A stretch of DNA of 18,394 bases from Fidelibacterota bacterium. Its GTDB lineage: Bacteria; Fidelibacterota; Marinisomatia; Marinisomatales; S15-B10. The translations under genes were made by a program, and so were the position numbers. Of the stretch, positions 18,227-18,394 are shown in pieces. The DNA lies in contig PBTS01000061.1 of NCBI GenBank assembly GCA_002729175.1, forward strand, positions 13,171 to 31,564, written 5' to 3'. The first letter of the stretch is position 1. The number at the start of each line of letters is the position of its first letter. The notes beneath the pieces are model-generated. The model was not told where the DNA came from, made no database searches, and saw only the letters and a program-made list of their open reading frames with translations.

Positions 18227-18370
18227 GTGAAATCCACCGCTCAACACGTGGAAAAAACGTGTTATCAGGTGGAACTTCACGTTGTTGATTGTGTCGATTC
18301 CAACCATGGATTCGACAACCTTTTTGGGCCACGGTTAATGGAAAGTAACCTGTCGGGTTACCTGGGTAAC
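18227..18370 (-). other. Structured non-coding leader upstream of the SSB gene (multiple hairpins)
   Basis: Nested hairpin at 18227-18280, hairpin at 18292-18317, and alternating GTTA(C)/GTAAC inverted motifs at 18333-18370. Confidence 0.55.
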
Positions 18371-18394
18371 TTGACCGCTTCATATCTAAGGGCA

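Noticed and set aside
18240..18320. Hammerhead-like CTGATAA and T-loop-like TCGAATCC on the minus strand
   Set aside because: The hammerhead GAAA/UH core and three-stem junction are absent, and no tRNA cloverleaf can be built.
18198..18383. 61-aa ORF MKRSSYPG... and the 34-aa extension of the SSB ORF to 18307
   Set aside because: No SD or recognisable motif. The region is better explained by RNA hairpins, and a strong SD supports the ATG at 18205. Not fully excluded.

Overview
Bacterial chromosomal window from a diderm organism; the gene set loosely suggests an FCB-group lineage such as Marinimicrobia, which is inference only. Positions 1-15734 hold core and metabolic genes: an outer-membrane beta-barrel coupled to a solitary ECF S-component and a YhaM-like OB-HD protein with degenerate metal ligands; RidA; pirin; an aldo/keto reductase; an SSADH-type aldehyde dehydrogenase; MltB; two exported M20 amidohydrolases; Fur with its own palindromic operator; PcrA/UvrD; MltG; and a small membrane protein. 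tRNA-Asp(GTC) at 15741-15814 is the insertion site of a prophage or integrative element that runs off the right edge. In transcription order (minus strand) it encodes a structured leader, a gp32-like SSB, a long RNA hairpin, an excisionase-like HTH protein, an Arc-like RHH protein and a tyrosine integrase. The most notable feature is that the integrase frame has no stop inside the element. It reads through the arm-type repeats and the tRNA terminator and ends at a TAA in the antisense of the tRNA D-loop, so integration or excision should rewrite the integrase C-terminus, as in phage Mx8.
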